Shown here piece by piece: positions 34,671 through 47,990 of a DNA stretch of 64,000 nt (its first letter is position 1; each line of letters starts with the position of its first letter). The position numbers and the translations under genes were made by a program. Source of the DNA: Sminthopsis crassicaudata (taxonomy: Eukaryota). Location: the NCBI RefSeq assembly GCF_048593235.1, contig NC_133619.1:175474454-175538453 (forward strand), given 5' to 3'. The notes beneath the pieces were generated by a model. The model did not search any database and was not told where the DNA came from. It saw only the letters and a list, made by a program, of their open reading frames with translations.

Positions 34671-37600
34671 AAATGCCATTCCTCCCAGAATATTCTATAC
34701 ACCTAATAATCAATTAATGAGTGCTTGTTGATTGATTAATACAAATTAATTAATAACAATTAATTCAACAATGAGACATAAGACTATAAGAATAATTCCA
34801 AAGATCCAGGATTATGAGGATCAAATAAGATCATACTTATAAAATGCTTAGCACAGTGCCTGACACATAGTAGGTGCTCATTAAATTCATTTTCCTTTCC
34901 CTTCCCTTACCCTTCTCGTCATTTTGTCTCATTTTCTAAACCACAAGTGCAGTGACAACCTTTGCATTCCATACTATAACTAGCATAGTGCCTTCGATGG
35001 AGAGTATTTGGTAAATATAGATGGAATGGTAAGTATAGACAGGTGCTGGTGATTGGTTTACTTGACCATCTGGACATTACAAAACTCCCTAAGTTTCCTG
35101 AACTTTGTAGAGCACCTGGGTTGCTCAAAAAAAGTCCTCTGTGGTTTTTAACACCGAGTAGTAGAAATATTCACCAGCCCCTTCATTTGGAGTGAAAATC
35201 ACATAAATTTCCATCCTGCCAGTAGCAGGAACTTGAAAGGAAATTGAGGTAATACTCTTCTTTTGGAGCCTGATCTTCCTGTTTAACAGGCATAAGTGCC
35301 AGCCATCCAATATCACATAATATACCACCAGATGCCCTAAAGCTTCCTGCTTTGGATATTATGAGAAATCTGATTCGGAAGGAAACATCCCAATATGGGA
35401 GAATGCTCTCTGGAGAGGCAAAGCTTCAAACGGATTCTGGAAGCATGGTAAGAGGTAAGGCAAGCCCTGCTATAAGGATAATGCTGGTGCTGGCTGTACT
35501 TGGGGGGGGGGAGTCACTGAGAAATTCCTCTAACCAGAAGCCAGGGCAGCATGATCATCAAATCATAGCTGGCAGCTCCTTTCCAGCAGAAACTCATAAA
35601 GTATCTGCACAAACCACAGTCTAAATTTGTGATTGAGATTAGAACTGGAAGCCTTCAAAAGGCAGGTAAGTCATGCTCGCTAGTATGCAGTTTGGGAGCC
35701 AAATCTAGCAATACTATGACTAGCCCTAAATAAGTTTGCCAAGTCTTCTGTTGTTCACCTAGAACACAGAAGTTGGAAAGGAATCCAGAGGGAGAAAACA
35801 GAAGAGCTGGAACAGAGAGAATGGGTAAATAAAGGGTGTTTATAGAGTGGTAAAAGAAAAGAAAAGAGATAAGACACTGATGGAAGCTATGGAAGATGTA
35901 ATATCTCAGGCAAAAGTTTCAGCAAAAATAAGTAACTCCATTGAGAGACTTCCAAAACATTTCTGGAAGGAAAACTTTTTTTTAACTCTAAGGGCCCAGT
36001 TGAATACCAAGGAAGAATATGATAAATGTGTTTTGAAAAGATTTAAATAAATGATAACACATAGTCTCACAAAGCCTCAAAGAGTTTCTCTTCCAAACAT
36101 GTGGTTGGAATTGCTGACCTGAGTGGCTTTTACCAAATCATTTTCAAAGTATTTTAAAATTATGAATTAATTGTTCCCTCATTAACTAGACCTTAAGACA
36201 GGTGAATAGTAGTATACGAAGAAAGTCTTTTGCAACTTTATCTTAGAAATTTAAAAATAGAGGCAGCCAAATAAAGAGCCAGTGGAGAAGTCACAAGGAC
36301 CCAGTTCCAAGTCCCATCCACCTTTGACACTTACTGGCTGAGTGACCCTAAGTTAGAGTACAGATTGAATATGAGCTACTACTGCACTGCCATCTGGAAA
36401 TTACAAAATGCTGTAAACTCTGGGTGTTACTTTGGGGGATCTTGAATGTTGAGCAAAGAGGGCTCTACAGTTTGCTACAGCTAAACACTAAAATATTTCT
36501 ACCTTCATTTCCACCTAAAGGCTGGCTAAATCACAGTGTGACCACAATTGAGACTCTTGTCTCTAGATTTCAACAAGATTTTCTAGATTCTATAAATTTG
36601 CAGGTCATTTGGAGATAAATTTTTGTAAATATAAGTTCTCTATACAAATGACATCACAGTTTCAGAGATCTCTCTCAACTCTTCCTCCAAATAGGAGGAA
36701 CCTAAAATTAGTTTAGTCTTGCTGAACATGAGCTCTTCTCTGGAATACTCTCTCTTTCTAATAGTTGAAATATTCAGTATTCTTTAAATGTCAAATTTGT
36801 GTGAAAAGCATCATGCTAGGCAATGATGGGAGCAAAGGTACAAAGGGGGAAAATACAGGTGAGACTGTGAGGGTAATGAATTTGCATAGTACAGCTTCAC
36901 TCAAATCTAATGTACTTGCAAGTCAAGACATCATCCTCTTGATGTTATTGGTCATCTTTGAGAACAAAGGACAAAAACAGCTGGGCAGTTTGACTATGGC
37001 ACAGTGAACCTAGAGGAAAAAATACCACTGAAATAAGATTATAAAGGTAACTTTACTTATATCTTGAATGATTTTCTGTTGAACTAAGTTTCTGTTTTCA
37101 AATATCTCCATGAAGCATCCATTACATCAAGAATCAAGCCAATAAAAAGGGGAAAAAAGTAGAAAAAAAGGGGAGGAAAGTACATCTGGGATGGCCACTG
37201 TATAATTAAACACCAACATCCACTGCAAGGCATTAATAATAATTAAAACTTATAATGTCAATTTCATGCCTCATTACTCAGATGTATCACACAAATCTTA
37301 CTTGCGCTTAATGTTCTATCCCTTTGAGAGAAGGGTGGTAATACACAGCATCTCCCTTTCTACTGTCTGATTGGTGAGATGCCCTACTTTGAACAAGCCA
37401 GGCAACAGCTCTATGACAAATGCTTTTTCATTATTCCAAATAGCATATAGTATTCCAAACTAAGCTAGGTCTGCTAGTCAGAGAGAGCTTCTCTCTAGGT
37501 CATGAGCAGTGTAGAGTCAGGGGACTGCACTTCCTAGTGGAATGGTACAATGAGGTCTAGGTTTTCACTGCTATGAAAATCTGGAAAGGGGAGAGAAGGA

Positions 37601-37859
37601 ATTAATATTAGGAGAACCAGGCCTCAAATGATACAGTTTTTCTTTATAATTTTAACATGACTTACTTATAATTTTTCCAGTCTGTATAAACATATTTTAA
37701 ATATAATTAGAAGCATATATAATTAAACTTAAGAATAAAGCTTTTAAAAAATCCAGTTCTTATTTTCATTGCCTTATGGTTTGGATTTTTTTAGAGTATA
37801 CTGAGTCAAGTAATGCAACTTCCTTCAAAGTATTTTTAAATTTTTAAAAATTGAAAATT

Positions 37860-39645
37860 TTTAAAGCTTTTTATTTTCAAAAAATTTTAAAGCTTTTTAT
37901 TTTCAAAACATATGTGTAGATAGTTTTCAGCATTCACTCTTGCAAAACCTTATGTTCCAATTTTTTTCTCCCTCCCTTCCTCCCATCCCCTTCCCAGGAT
38001 GCCAAGTAATCCAATATATGTTAAACACGTGCTATTCTTCTCTGTATAGATTTTGACAATTATGCTGCACAAGAAAAATCAGATCAAAAAGGAAAAAAAC
38101 AAAAAGAAAACAAAATGCAAACAAACAACCACAAAAAAAGTTAGAATACTATGTTGTGATCCAAACTCAGTCCCCACAGTCCCTTAGCTCTCTTCACCAC
38201 AAGATCATTAGAATTGGCCTAAATCACCTCATAGTTGAAAAGAGTCATGCCCATCAAAATTGATCATCCTATAATCTTATAGTACAATGTTTTCCTGATT
38301 CTACTCATTTCACTTTGCATCAGTTCATGTAAATCTCTCCAGGCCTTTCTGAAATAATCTTGCTGATCATTTCTTACAGAACAATAATATTCCATAATAT
38401 TCATATACCATAACTTATTCAGCCATTCTCCAACTGATGGAGAGTATCTACTCAGTTTCCAATTTCTTGCCACTACAAAAAGGACTGCTACAAACATTCT
38501 TGTACATGTTTTATGACTTCTTTGGAATAAGGCCCAGTAAAGAAACTACTGGATCAAAGGATATACACAGGTTGATAGGTCTTTGGGCATATTTCCATAT
38601 TGCTCTACAGAATGGTTGGATCAGTTCACAACTCTACCAACAATGTATAAGTGTCCCAGTTTTTCCATACCTCTTCCAACATACATCATTATCTTTTCCT
38701 GCCATCCTAGCCAATTTGAAAGGTATGGAGATTGTCTTAATTTGCATTTCTCTGATCAATAGTGATTTAGAGCATTTTCTCATATGACTAGAAATGCTTT
38801 TCATTTCTTCACCTGAAAATTGTCTATTCATATCATTTGACAATTTATCAATTGGAGAATGACTTGTGTTCTTATATATTTGAATCAATTCTCTATATAT
38901 TTTAGAAATAAGGCCTTTATCGGAATCCTTGGATATAAAATTTTTTCCCAGTTTACTGCTTCCCTTCTAATCTTGTCTGCATTGATTTTGTTTGTATAAA
39001 AACGTTTTAACTTAATATGTTCAAAATTGTCCATTTTGCATTTCATAATGTACTCCAGTTCTTCTTTGGCCACAAAGTCTTACCTTCTCCAGAGATCTAA
39101 GAGATAGATTATGCTTTATTCTTCTAATTTGCTTATAGTATCACTCTTCATATCTACATCATTAACTCATTTTGACCTTATTTTGGTATAGGGTATTAAG
39201 TGTGGGTCAATACCTAGTTTCTGCCATACTCATTTTCAATTTCCCCAGAATTTTTTGTCAAATAGTTTGTTCTTATCCCAGAAGCTGGGGTTTTTCGGTT
39301 TTTTAAATACTAGATTACTGTAGTGTGCACTTAACCTATTCCACTGATCATCTACTCCATTTCTTAGCTAGTACCAAATGGTCTTGATGACCACTGTTTT
39401 GTAATATAGTTTTAGATCTGGTACAGCTAGGCCACCTTCTTTTGCATTTTTTTCATTAATATCCTTGAAATTCTTGTCCTTTTATTCTTCCAGATATTTT
39501 GGTATTATTTTTTCTAGCTCTATAAAATAATTTCTTGGCAGTTTCATTGGTATGACACTGAATAAGTAGATTAATTTAGGTGGAATTGTTATTTTTATTA
39601 TGATAGTTCAGCCTAACCATGAGCATTTAACATTCTTCCAATTAA
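37860..39645 (-). mobile_element. 5'-truncated L1, ~1.8 kb (frameshifted ORF2 3' part and 3'UTR)
   Basis: ORF-track pieces 38885-39073 (…IKLKRFYTNK…KIRREAVNWEKI), 38634-38888 (…HMRKCSKSLLIREMQIKT…GKTGTLIHCW) and 38264-38497 (MFVAVLFVVARNWK…WLNKLWYMNIMEYY) are L1 ORF2p. T-rich tail with a short tandem duplication at ~37855-37910. Confidence 0.92.
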
Positions 39646-40747
39646 ACATCTTTTAAAAAAAATAATGTGGAGAAACAAAGTATTTCCCTTTATTTAGGGT
39701 ATTAATAAATTCCTTTGGCCAAAGAGAACTTTCTGGATCATAGACTATTTATGAACACAAAAACTTCCAATTTGGAAACATAATCTTTGCATAAACAGAT
39801 TTAAAGTTGGCCTTAGAAGTAATTGAGTTCAGCCCCTAATTTTACAGATAAGAAAGCTGAGAAAATGCCTTACTCAGGGAAACAGAGCTAGTAAGTGTTT
39901 ATGGTGGGATTATAATCCACATCTCTCCCAATTCAATTGCAGTTCTCTATATCCTATTCCAGGGTCAAGAATCAGACATAGATGAACAATAATAAATACG
40001 CTAGACCATGATTTTTAATTAGCTCTGTACATTTCTAAACGTGTCCCTCATAGAAGATGACAATGTTTATTTTTCCTAAGGTCACCATTAAGAACATAGA
40101 TATTATAGCCTCTCTTAATAGACATTTAAGATCCTCTCATTCATTTTTCTGTCTTTACTGTTTCTAGTGGGAGAAGGATTGGGGAGAGAATAAATTCTAC
40201 AAGGTGATAGCTTCAAGGTGAAGTATTATTTCCTCTTATCTGTTCTAAATTTAACCTTGTTCAAATTTCAAAAGGACCTTCCCTTACCTAAGTAATTGTT
40301 ATTTCTGTGAACAACATATCATAGAATGAGAAGTAAGTTTCAAAGATGATGGCAAAACTGATGCTGGTGAGTACCCTTTCCTCCATGTTCTGTCTTGGAG
40401 ATGAGCATCACTTCACTCTTAGAGAATTGTCTAGAATACAGGCAATTTTCATAGCCTTATGATTTATACAGAGTTTACAGAAAATAGAGTGTAAGTGACT
40501 TGACAGTTTTTCCTAATTCCAAAGTAGAGCTCGATTCACTATGACAACAATTTTTATTTATTGCTTGTTTTTGCTAAACCTTTGAAGACTTATTTTACTA
40601 AACACTCCCCAATTCTAACCTTTGGGAAAGAAACTGCTGAATTGGAAGGTATATTAGTGTTTAAGAAAGTGCTTTATTACATAAGAGATTCATGTTCATA
40701 TTTTCTTCTTTGTTTTTTAATAGATTTTTAAAAGTTCATATATATAT

Positions 40748-40751
<4 letters not shown>

Positions 40752-40800
<49 letters not shown>
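40752..40800 (+). repeat. (CA)~24 microsatellite
   Basis: Direct reading. Confidence 0.95.
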
Positions 40801-40809
<9 letters not shown>

Positions 40810-42997
40810 GTATCTTTTATTTCTCACACCAGGCATTCCCTATGCTACTGACCAAAGAAAAGGGCCTTCCAATGTTCCTGTTAGTTCAGGTTTAAAAATA
40901 CTGAACAACCTCTCCCAAAACAAGTCAGTTGACAATCATCAGTTAAGAGCTTATTATCTGCCAAGCATTGTGCTAAACACTGCAGATACAAAGACTCCCA
41001 GGTTTCTTTTTAGTCTGAAAACTAGACCTTTCTTTCAGTTAACATTCTCAGTGGTTTGGGATTCTCCAAATCCAAGAAGTTCCTTTCTCATTTTCTAAAA
41101 TGTTTGTATTACTTCATACTCTTACTCCCCCCAAATCCATCCACACCTGGTTGGATTACCTATAAGTCAGTTTGTCTCCTTAAAAATAGCCCCTTCATGG
41201 TTTCACAAATTACATGTCTATTATATAACATACAACACAACTCCCACATGGGATTCATATGCATTTCAAATAAAAACTCCATGTAATTTTTTTTAACACA
41301 TAAAATATTCAAGAAACTATATTTGTATTTAAATAGAAAAAATGGTAGCTGTTTGGGCAGGGATGATGTTCTTTAAAGTCATAGCTTCATTTGTGAAGAA
41401 TAATTACCTATATCTGTAAAGTGGCAAAGTAATTAGTTTCTCAGGGAGGCAGAGTGATCAGGAGAGTAATAAGCATTCATTCTGTGATTTCCTTTATTTT
41501 GGGAACCCCCAAATAAGGAAACTTCTTTCACCAATTCAGGTCTTCATTTTCTGTGCTAATTATGATCTTAAAGCACCTCCTAAAATACTCAGAGGCTAAA
41601 TGATCTTCTCAGGGTTGCAAAGAAGTGAGCCTGGAACCTCAGCCTTCCTGGCTCTAAAAACAGACCTCTAAAGACTCTTGCATACTATCTCTGTAGTCCA
41701 GTGATGAAATCCCTTGCTCATGACATATACACACTTGGATATGAATGATTATTTCAAGTTTCAAGGTCACAGTATAATACTAGTTTCACAGAAGTTTATC
41801 ATGTTATAGTTGATTTTATGTTACTGTGTAGCTACATAATAGTTATACAGGGAGAATGGGGCATTCACTGTCCACATTTCTGATCTTAAATTCTATGTTA
41901 TGATAGTGATGAGAGATAATTGCATTTAACCTTAGAGATTGCTGTGTTTTAGGGACAAATGAGGGCACCTGTATGAAGAAATCTTAGAAAGCATTTAAAT
42001 TTCTCCAATGAATGGGACCAGTCCTTTAAATATTTTCTCAAGTTGATCTATCGAATTTTATAATAAAGCTGGTATGCCTAAAAATTTAACTTTTTCTAGA
42101 CTCTTTCCTTTCTTCTCAAAGCACTTGAGCTTAAGAAAATGAGATCACAGAATGGTAGAAACTTAGATGTGGTCTTGGAGATTAGCCAGCCTAACTTCTT
42201 GATTTTACAGCTGATTTTACAGGGCCAGAGAAATTATGGGATTTACCTGGGACACATAAGTAGTAAGAGACAGAGCTGTGATTTCAAACTAGCTCTTGAT
42301 TCTTAATCTAGAATGCTTTAAGTTAGATCAATCAAAAATTAATCAATAAGTATTTATTAAATTATAATGTACTGGATACTGTGTTAGGCAGTAAGGATTC
42401 AAATCTCAGGACTAAAATGTTCCCTACTTGCAAGGAGTTCATGGGACATAGATATAATCTTCTAGGGTGATGAAGCTTGCTCTTAAGAAGCACATAGGAT
42501 TTAAAGGACTGACTACCTTTGTATATATCTCACATGGTATACTCACTCCTTGGCTTGCTATTTGAACTGTTATCATATTCATTCTCATAATTTCAAATTC
42601 TAAGGTTATTCAGGGGAACTTTACTAATTTTTAAAATCATAACCACTCAGTTCTGAGCTCTCATTCTAGTTTATTAAATATCATTTAACAAACAGGAAAA
42701 ATATCTTCCCCTAAGTAATTATTGCTTCTCTCTAAGCACATATACATCTAATATACAATATATATTAGTGGTATCTATTATATATACATACTAGATCAGA
42801 GGTATCAAACAGAGTATACATACACACGCATCTGATCTATTCTTTCTTCCTTATTTTATAGATATGGCAATTTAGGTTCCAAATGTTTAAGTGATTTTTT
42901 TTATTAAGTCAAAGATGGAGTCCAAATTCTCACTCTTCCTGCTCACTCTACCACATTCTCCCTCAATATGGAAGCTTTACATGAATATACCACATCA

Positions 42998-43115
42998 AAG
43001 ACATTGTTATCATTAACAATTTATTAATTAATAAATTATTTATAAATTATATATATATAAATATTTATAAATTAATTTATAAATTAATAAATAACAATTT
43101 ATTATCAATGTCCTT
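42998..43115. repeat. Imperfect AT-rich palindrome (~118 bp)
   Basis: Outer arms aagacattg…/…caatgtcctt enclose nearly pure A/T, partly self-complementary sequence centred on (TA)n. Confidence 0.7.
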
Positions 43116-43964
43116 AACAGCTGGCCCTACTACATAGCAAGTCAGTCTCTTCATCCACATACACTCAACTTTCCTTTGTTTGACTTCTCAATACCCTCTT
43201 AACTTGACCCAAAAACCAGCAGCACAGAATCCAGGTTACTGTAGATCATTTTACAGGTTACTGTATTCAATTTTTTTTTAAATCAAAGATTGACTATAAT
43301 TTATGATGATCAGGACTTCCAGAAATCCTCCCCCCTTTCCAGGGGCAAACACACCAAGACCTGTGTTCACCTGGAGGACGCAAACAGCCTTGAACAGTTC
43401 TCATTTGTTTGGCGAGGTTAAGTTCTGGCTCCAAATCTCTTTCAGTCTGACATGGCTGGAAGCCCAACCTTCATTACCTGGCACTCAGAGAGATACTGGA
43501 TATCTGTGGCTCTGCCAAACAATGAAAAGCTCTGTCTGACTTAAGAACCTTGAAAACCTGAACTGAGGATGCTATCAGCTCTTACATTCCAGTCTTAGAA
43601 ATCACAACCTAAGTGGTTTTACATCCAGGACTCACCTGAGCCTTTGTGGTGTTTGTTAACAAAATCAATAGAACCTTGGGTATCCATGTTTCTATGTCCA
43701 ATTTCTTCCAGGCATGTACATGCATTTTTAAGTCTAAGCCTCCTCAAAACAACATATATTTGTATTTTCTTAGCATTGGGTTTTCAAGGTTGGGCAAAGC
43801 AGCATGTCTGCATAGAGACTGCTATAGTTTAGATATCACAGAATGTTTGCATTATATTTCAAGAGCCAAACTTCATGAGGTCCTTATTCTTGATCAATCA
43901 ATGGCAAATCAGAAAACAATGAGAGCTTTGTGAACCGAATTCTTCAAAGAGTAAATCAAAGTGT

Positions 43965-44340
43965 CTCTGCACCTTTCTATCCCCACTCTGCTTCTCTGTC
44001 TCCCTATCATTCTGCTCCTCTCTTCACCTCCCTTCCTTCTCTCTGTGCTTCTCTACTTCTTTATTCCCATCCACTTTGGGATATCTCTCTACCTCTTCCT
44101 CCCTCTCCCTCTTCCCCTTTTCCTTCCTTCCCCCTCTCTCTTGGTCTCTTTCTGTATAGCTCTCTACCTCACTGTCTCTGTCCTTCTGTCTCTCCCTCCC
44201 TCCTCTTCCTCTATCACTCTCCCCCAATATACCTCTCCCTCTCCTTTTCCTTCTTCCTGCTTTGTGCCTACCCTTTCCTCATCTTTCTTTATCTCTTTTC
44301 ATCTCTGTCTATACCTCCCTTTCATTATTTACTCATATTC
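43965..44340 (+). repeat. Pyrimidine-rich (CT-rich) low-complexity tract
   Basis: About 370 bp of near-exclusive C/T. It explains spurious ORFs 43930-44475, 43961-44356 and 44024-44227. Confidence 0.85.
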
Positions 44341-44349
44341 TGGTCTATG

Positions 44350-44630
44350 CACATAAAAAAATTCTTCCCTCATAGATATTTATTAGGCATTCAGCTTTTG
44401 CATTTCCAGTTGTTAAGATATGCTATCTCCTTCCTCAAATACCAAACCTACTCTTGGTTCTGCTTGCTTCACTAAGCATCAGCTCATGTAAGTCTTTCCA
44501 GGATTTTCTGAAATTATCCTGTTTATCCTTTCTTACAGAACAGTAATATTCTATTACATTCATAATTTCCTAATTGATGGCCATCCACTTATTTTCCAAT
44601 TCTTTGCCACCACAAAAAGATCAGCCCTTT
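44350..44630 (-). mobile_element. L1 3'-end fragment
   Basis: gcatcagctcatgtaagtctttccaggattttctgaaatt…ttcttacagaacagtaatattc…ccaattctttgccaccacaaaaaga. Confidence 0.75.
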
Positions 44631-44679
44631 TACTTTTGAGGGCCCTAAAATCTTTTTTTTATCATATTCCCAAACTCAA

Positions 44680-45261
44680 TGTCACCCTCAACTATTTACT
44701 TAACCCACTTAGCTGCCAAATTTTGTCATTTCTACCTCCATACCTCTTCTTTTATATGTCCCTCTTCTCTCCAATCACAGCAGCCATCATATTATTTTAG
44801 CTCCTTTTCACTTTTTGCAATAGTCTTTTATTTCATCTCCTATGCTTAATCTTCTCCCTGAACAAATTCACATTCAACACAGTCGCCAATTGATTTTCTC
44901 CTTTTCTCAATAAACTCTGTTGGCTCCCTATTACCCCAAGGATGAATATAAACAACTGTGTGACATTTCAATTTCTTAACAATTTAATCCTCTCCTACCT
45001 TTTCTAGTCTTATACCTATATTCCTCTTTGCATTCTAGTATCCACGTACACTGATTCTTCTCACCACATGCCACTTATATCCTATCCCTGTGCTTTTACA
45101 TACCTGGAATGTGAGTTATCCCTTTTGGAATCTGATTTCTTTCAAGGTTTAGCTCAAGTGCCAGCTCCTGCATAAAACCTTTCCTGATATCCCTCCCACC
45201 TCTGCTGCTAGTACGTTTGCTCCCAAAAACTACCCTGTATTCATACATACATACATACATA

Positions 45262-45298
<37 letters not shown>

Positions 45299-45420
45299 GG
45301 TTGTCTCCTCCTTCAGAATATAAGCTCCTTGAGAGTAGGGACTATTTTGCTTTTGTCTTTATATCCTTAAAGTTTAGCACAATACCTAACATAAAATAAA
45401 TGCTTAATAAATGCATGCTA
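44680..45420 (+). mobile_element. L2 LINE 3' region with embedded (ATAC)n/(CA)n
   Basis: ctgccaaattttgtcatttctacctc…ggctccctattacc…tataagctccttgagagtagggact…tgcttaataaatgc. Confidence 0.7.
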
Positions 45421-47761
45421 AAATTTATGTAATCAAAAATACAGTAATAATAAATAACTTTGAAAGACTTAAGAATTCTAATCATTGCCATGACCAATCA
45501 TAATTCTAGAGGCTCCATGATGAAATATTGTACTCACCTCTTGATAAAGAAGTCATGAATATAGCATGATTGAGATTGAGACGTATATTTTTTGGAAATG
45601 GCCAGCGAGGGAATTTGTTTTGCTTGACTCTGTATTTATAAGAGGAATTTTATTTTTCTTTCCCTTTACTTTTAAATTGGGAGAGAAAGAAGGGAGAGGA
45701 AATAGGTTTTGTTATTAATTGAAAAATAAAAGAAGCAATAAGTAAATTAGATTGTATTTAGAGATTAGAGGGAAAGGCAAGATAATTAAGATCTAAAGAA
45801 AGTTATAAAATCCAATTTTAATGATAGTTTCCACCTACCAGAACTTAGACCAGATTCATTAAGGAGCCATTACTCTGATCAGTTTGATCTTCTATCTCCT
45901 AACTCTCCCATAACCAGCCTTTGTGGTGGAATTATTAATGAGCAGTCCAAAAGTCAGAAGTAAAGAAGATGCAATGAACACCTTCTATGAATTAGACTGA
46001 ATTTGACTTAATAGAGGAAAAGGAGCTAAAAACCAAGTCCTCTTGATATAAATTCTGTATGTGCCCTTAATTCAGAGTGAAGCCAGAAAGAAATATAGCA
46101 ACTTCAAATGACAGACAAAAAGGACTGCCCTCAAAGGCACGATAGAACACCGTGGAATCGAATCTTTTCCCTTAAATTAAATTGCTGCACACTGATCCTC
46201 TGTGAGTCAAACAGTAACAATGACCTGCCTTAGAACTATTCACAGGCTTTCAGGATGCTGGCCCAATCAAGTGTCTGAATAACCAAATCAGCAGATCCTT
46301 TCTTCTGGCCTAGAGAATGTTTGCCTCTGGCATAAGTGCCCAATTTTTAGCTTGGGTTTTGTAAGACATCATCACAATACCCAAAGGTTCTCCCTTTACT
46401 TGATTAGTCTTGTTCCCCACACCTGGGTTTTGAGATGAGCACCACCATGGCATAAGGAAATAGCCAAGGACGCTTGCTCTTCTCTCTCACCATCTGCCAA
46501 GGAGACATCTTAAAGTAGCAGGTGGAACCTCCTTGAGGCCATTCAGTCCTTACTTTGGGAGAATCTTGACATCCAATCATGTCTCAACCTCCTACCCCCT
46601 AAGATAGCCAGATGGTATATGCTACGGAAAATGAGTTAAATTAATTTTGTTCAGAAATTGGGGACATCCCCTGAGGTAACTGAAAAATACCCTGAATTAT
46701 CACAAAAACCATGTAGCCGATGAATGCTCTAAGTCAATCTGTCTGTCTCTCTGTCTCCCTTTTTTGTACCACAGATCCCATTAATAGTCTGGGGAAGCTC
46801 ATATAAAACTTCTCAAAATAATGTTCTCAAATGTATAAAATACAAAGAAAATCAATCATACTGTGATAAACTAGCAACCCACACAGTTATCTTAGTCTAT
46901 ATGTTTTATATATAATACATTATATAACTACAAATTCTAATTATAAATAATATATACTTAATATTTTACATATTGTTCGCTCACTTTTCTTTTCAGTCAT
47001 GTCTGATTCTTCATAATCAGGGGATTTCTTGGCAAAGATACTAAAATGATTTGCCATTGTCTTCTCCAGCTTATTTGACAAAATGAGGAAACTGTGATTT
47101 GTCCAGGTTCACACAGGTAGTAAGTGACTGAGGCTCCATTTGTATTTAGGTCTTCCCAGCTTCAGGTCCTGTGGGCTATTCACTGTATAACCTGTCTCAT
47201 ACTTAGACACACAAATGCACACATATGTATACTTAAATGCATGTATATGTGCACATACACACAAAACACACACAAATCTCATTTGATTCTTTCACAAAAT
47301 CTTTAGGTGGTTCTCCCCTTCAGTCTTCAAGAGACTTCTGAGAAGAAAGATAACAGCTGGATTGGTGGCAGGGATTAGAGGGTATTGATAGGGGACTGAC
47401 CCCTTTATCAGCTACTTGTCAACTAGCCAGTTATTGTGTATGGTGCAACAGGGATAATTCAAACAACATTGAACCTGAGAATAATCCATCTTCTCCTAAG
47501 GAAGATGTAGCAATGTTTCTTATATTAGGCTCCAAAATTTGGGAGACCAAAGACGACAAAATCATCTCGTATGAACTTCATGATTCCTTTTGAACTGGGA
47601 GGGATTTTTTCCCACAAAATTAACTCCTCAAAAAACAGTCACCTACAAAAAAGATAATACTTGAAAGCCCTTCATTGGCTAGCCTTTGCCCATCACCCAT
47701 TAGACTTTTGCACTCTGGATTCCAATTGCTATTTCCTGTTCTGTTTTGCTATACCTACACC

Positions 47762-47990
47762 ATGGGGCAGCTCAGTAGCATAGTGGATATCAGGAAGCCT
47801 CATCTTCTTAAGTTCAAATCTGCTCTCAGGCTCTTACTAGTAGTGTGACCATGAACAAGTCACTTAATCCTGTTTACCTCAGTTTCCACATATGTTAGAT
47901 GAGTTGGAGAGGGAAATGGAAAACCACTTTAGTATCTTTGAAGAAAACCCCAAATGGGGTCAGGAAGAATTGGACACATCTAAACAATCT
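47762..47990 (+). mobile_element. Mar1 SINE
   Basis: ggggcagctcagtagcatagtggata…gttcaaatctg…aagtcacttaatcctg…gagttggagagggaaatggaaaaccactttagtatctttgaagaaaacccc. Confidence 0.85.

Noticed and set aside
42793-42840. tagatcaga…tctgatcta 9-bp inverted repeat as a mini-MITE
   Set aside because: Short arms, no TSD, and simple-repeat interior; compatible with chance or a decayed fragment.
43930-44475. 181-aa S/P/L-rich ORF and overlapping ORFs
   Set aside because: Translation of a CT-rich low-complexity tract; the same applies to 6178-6508.
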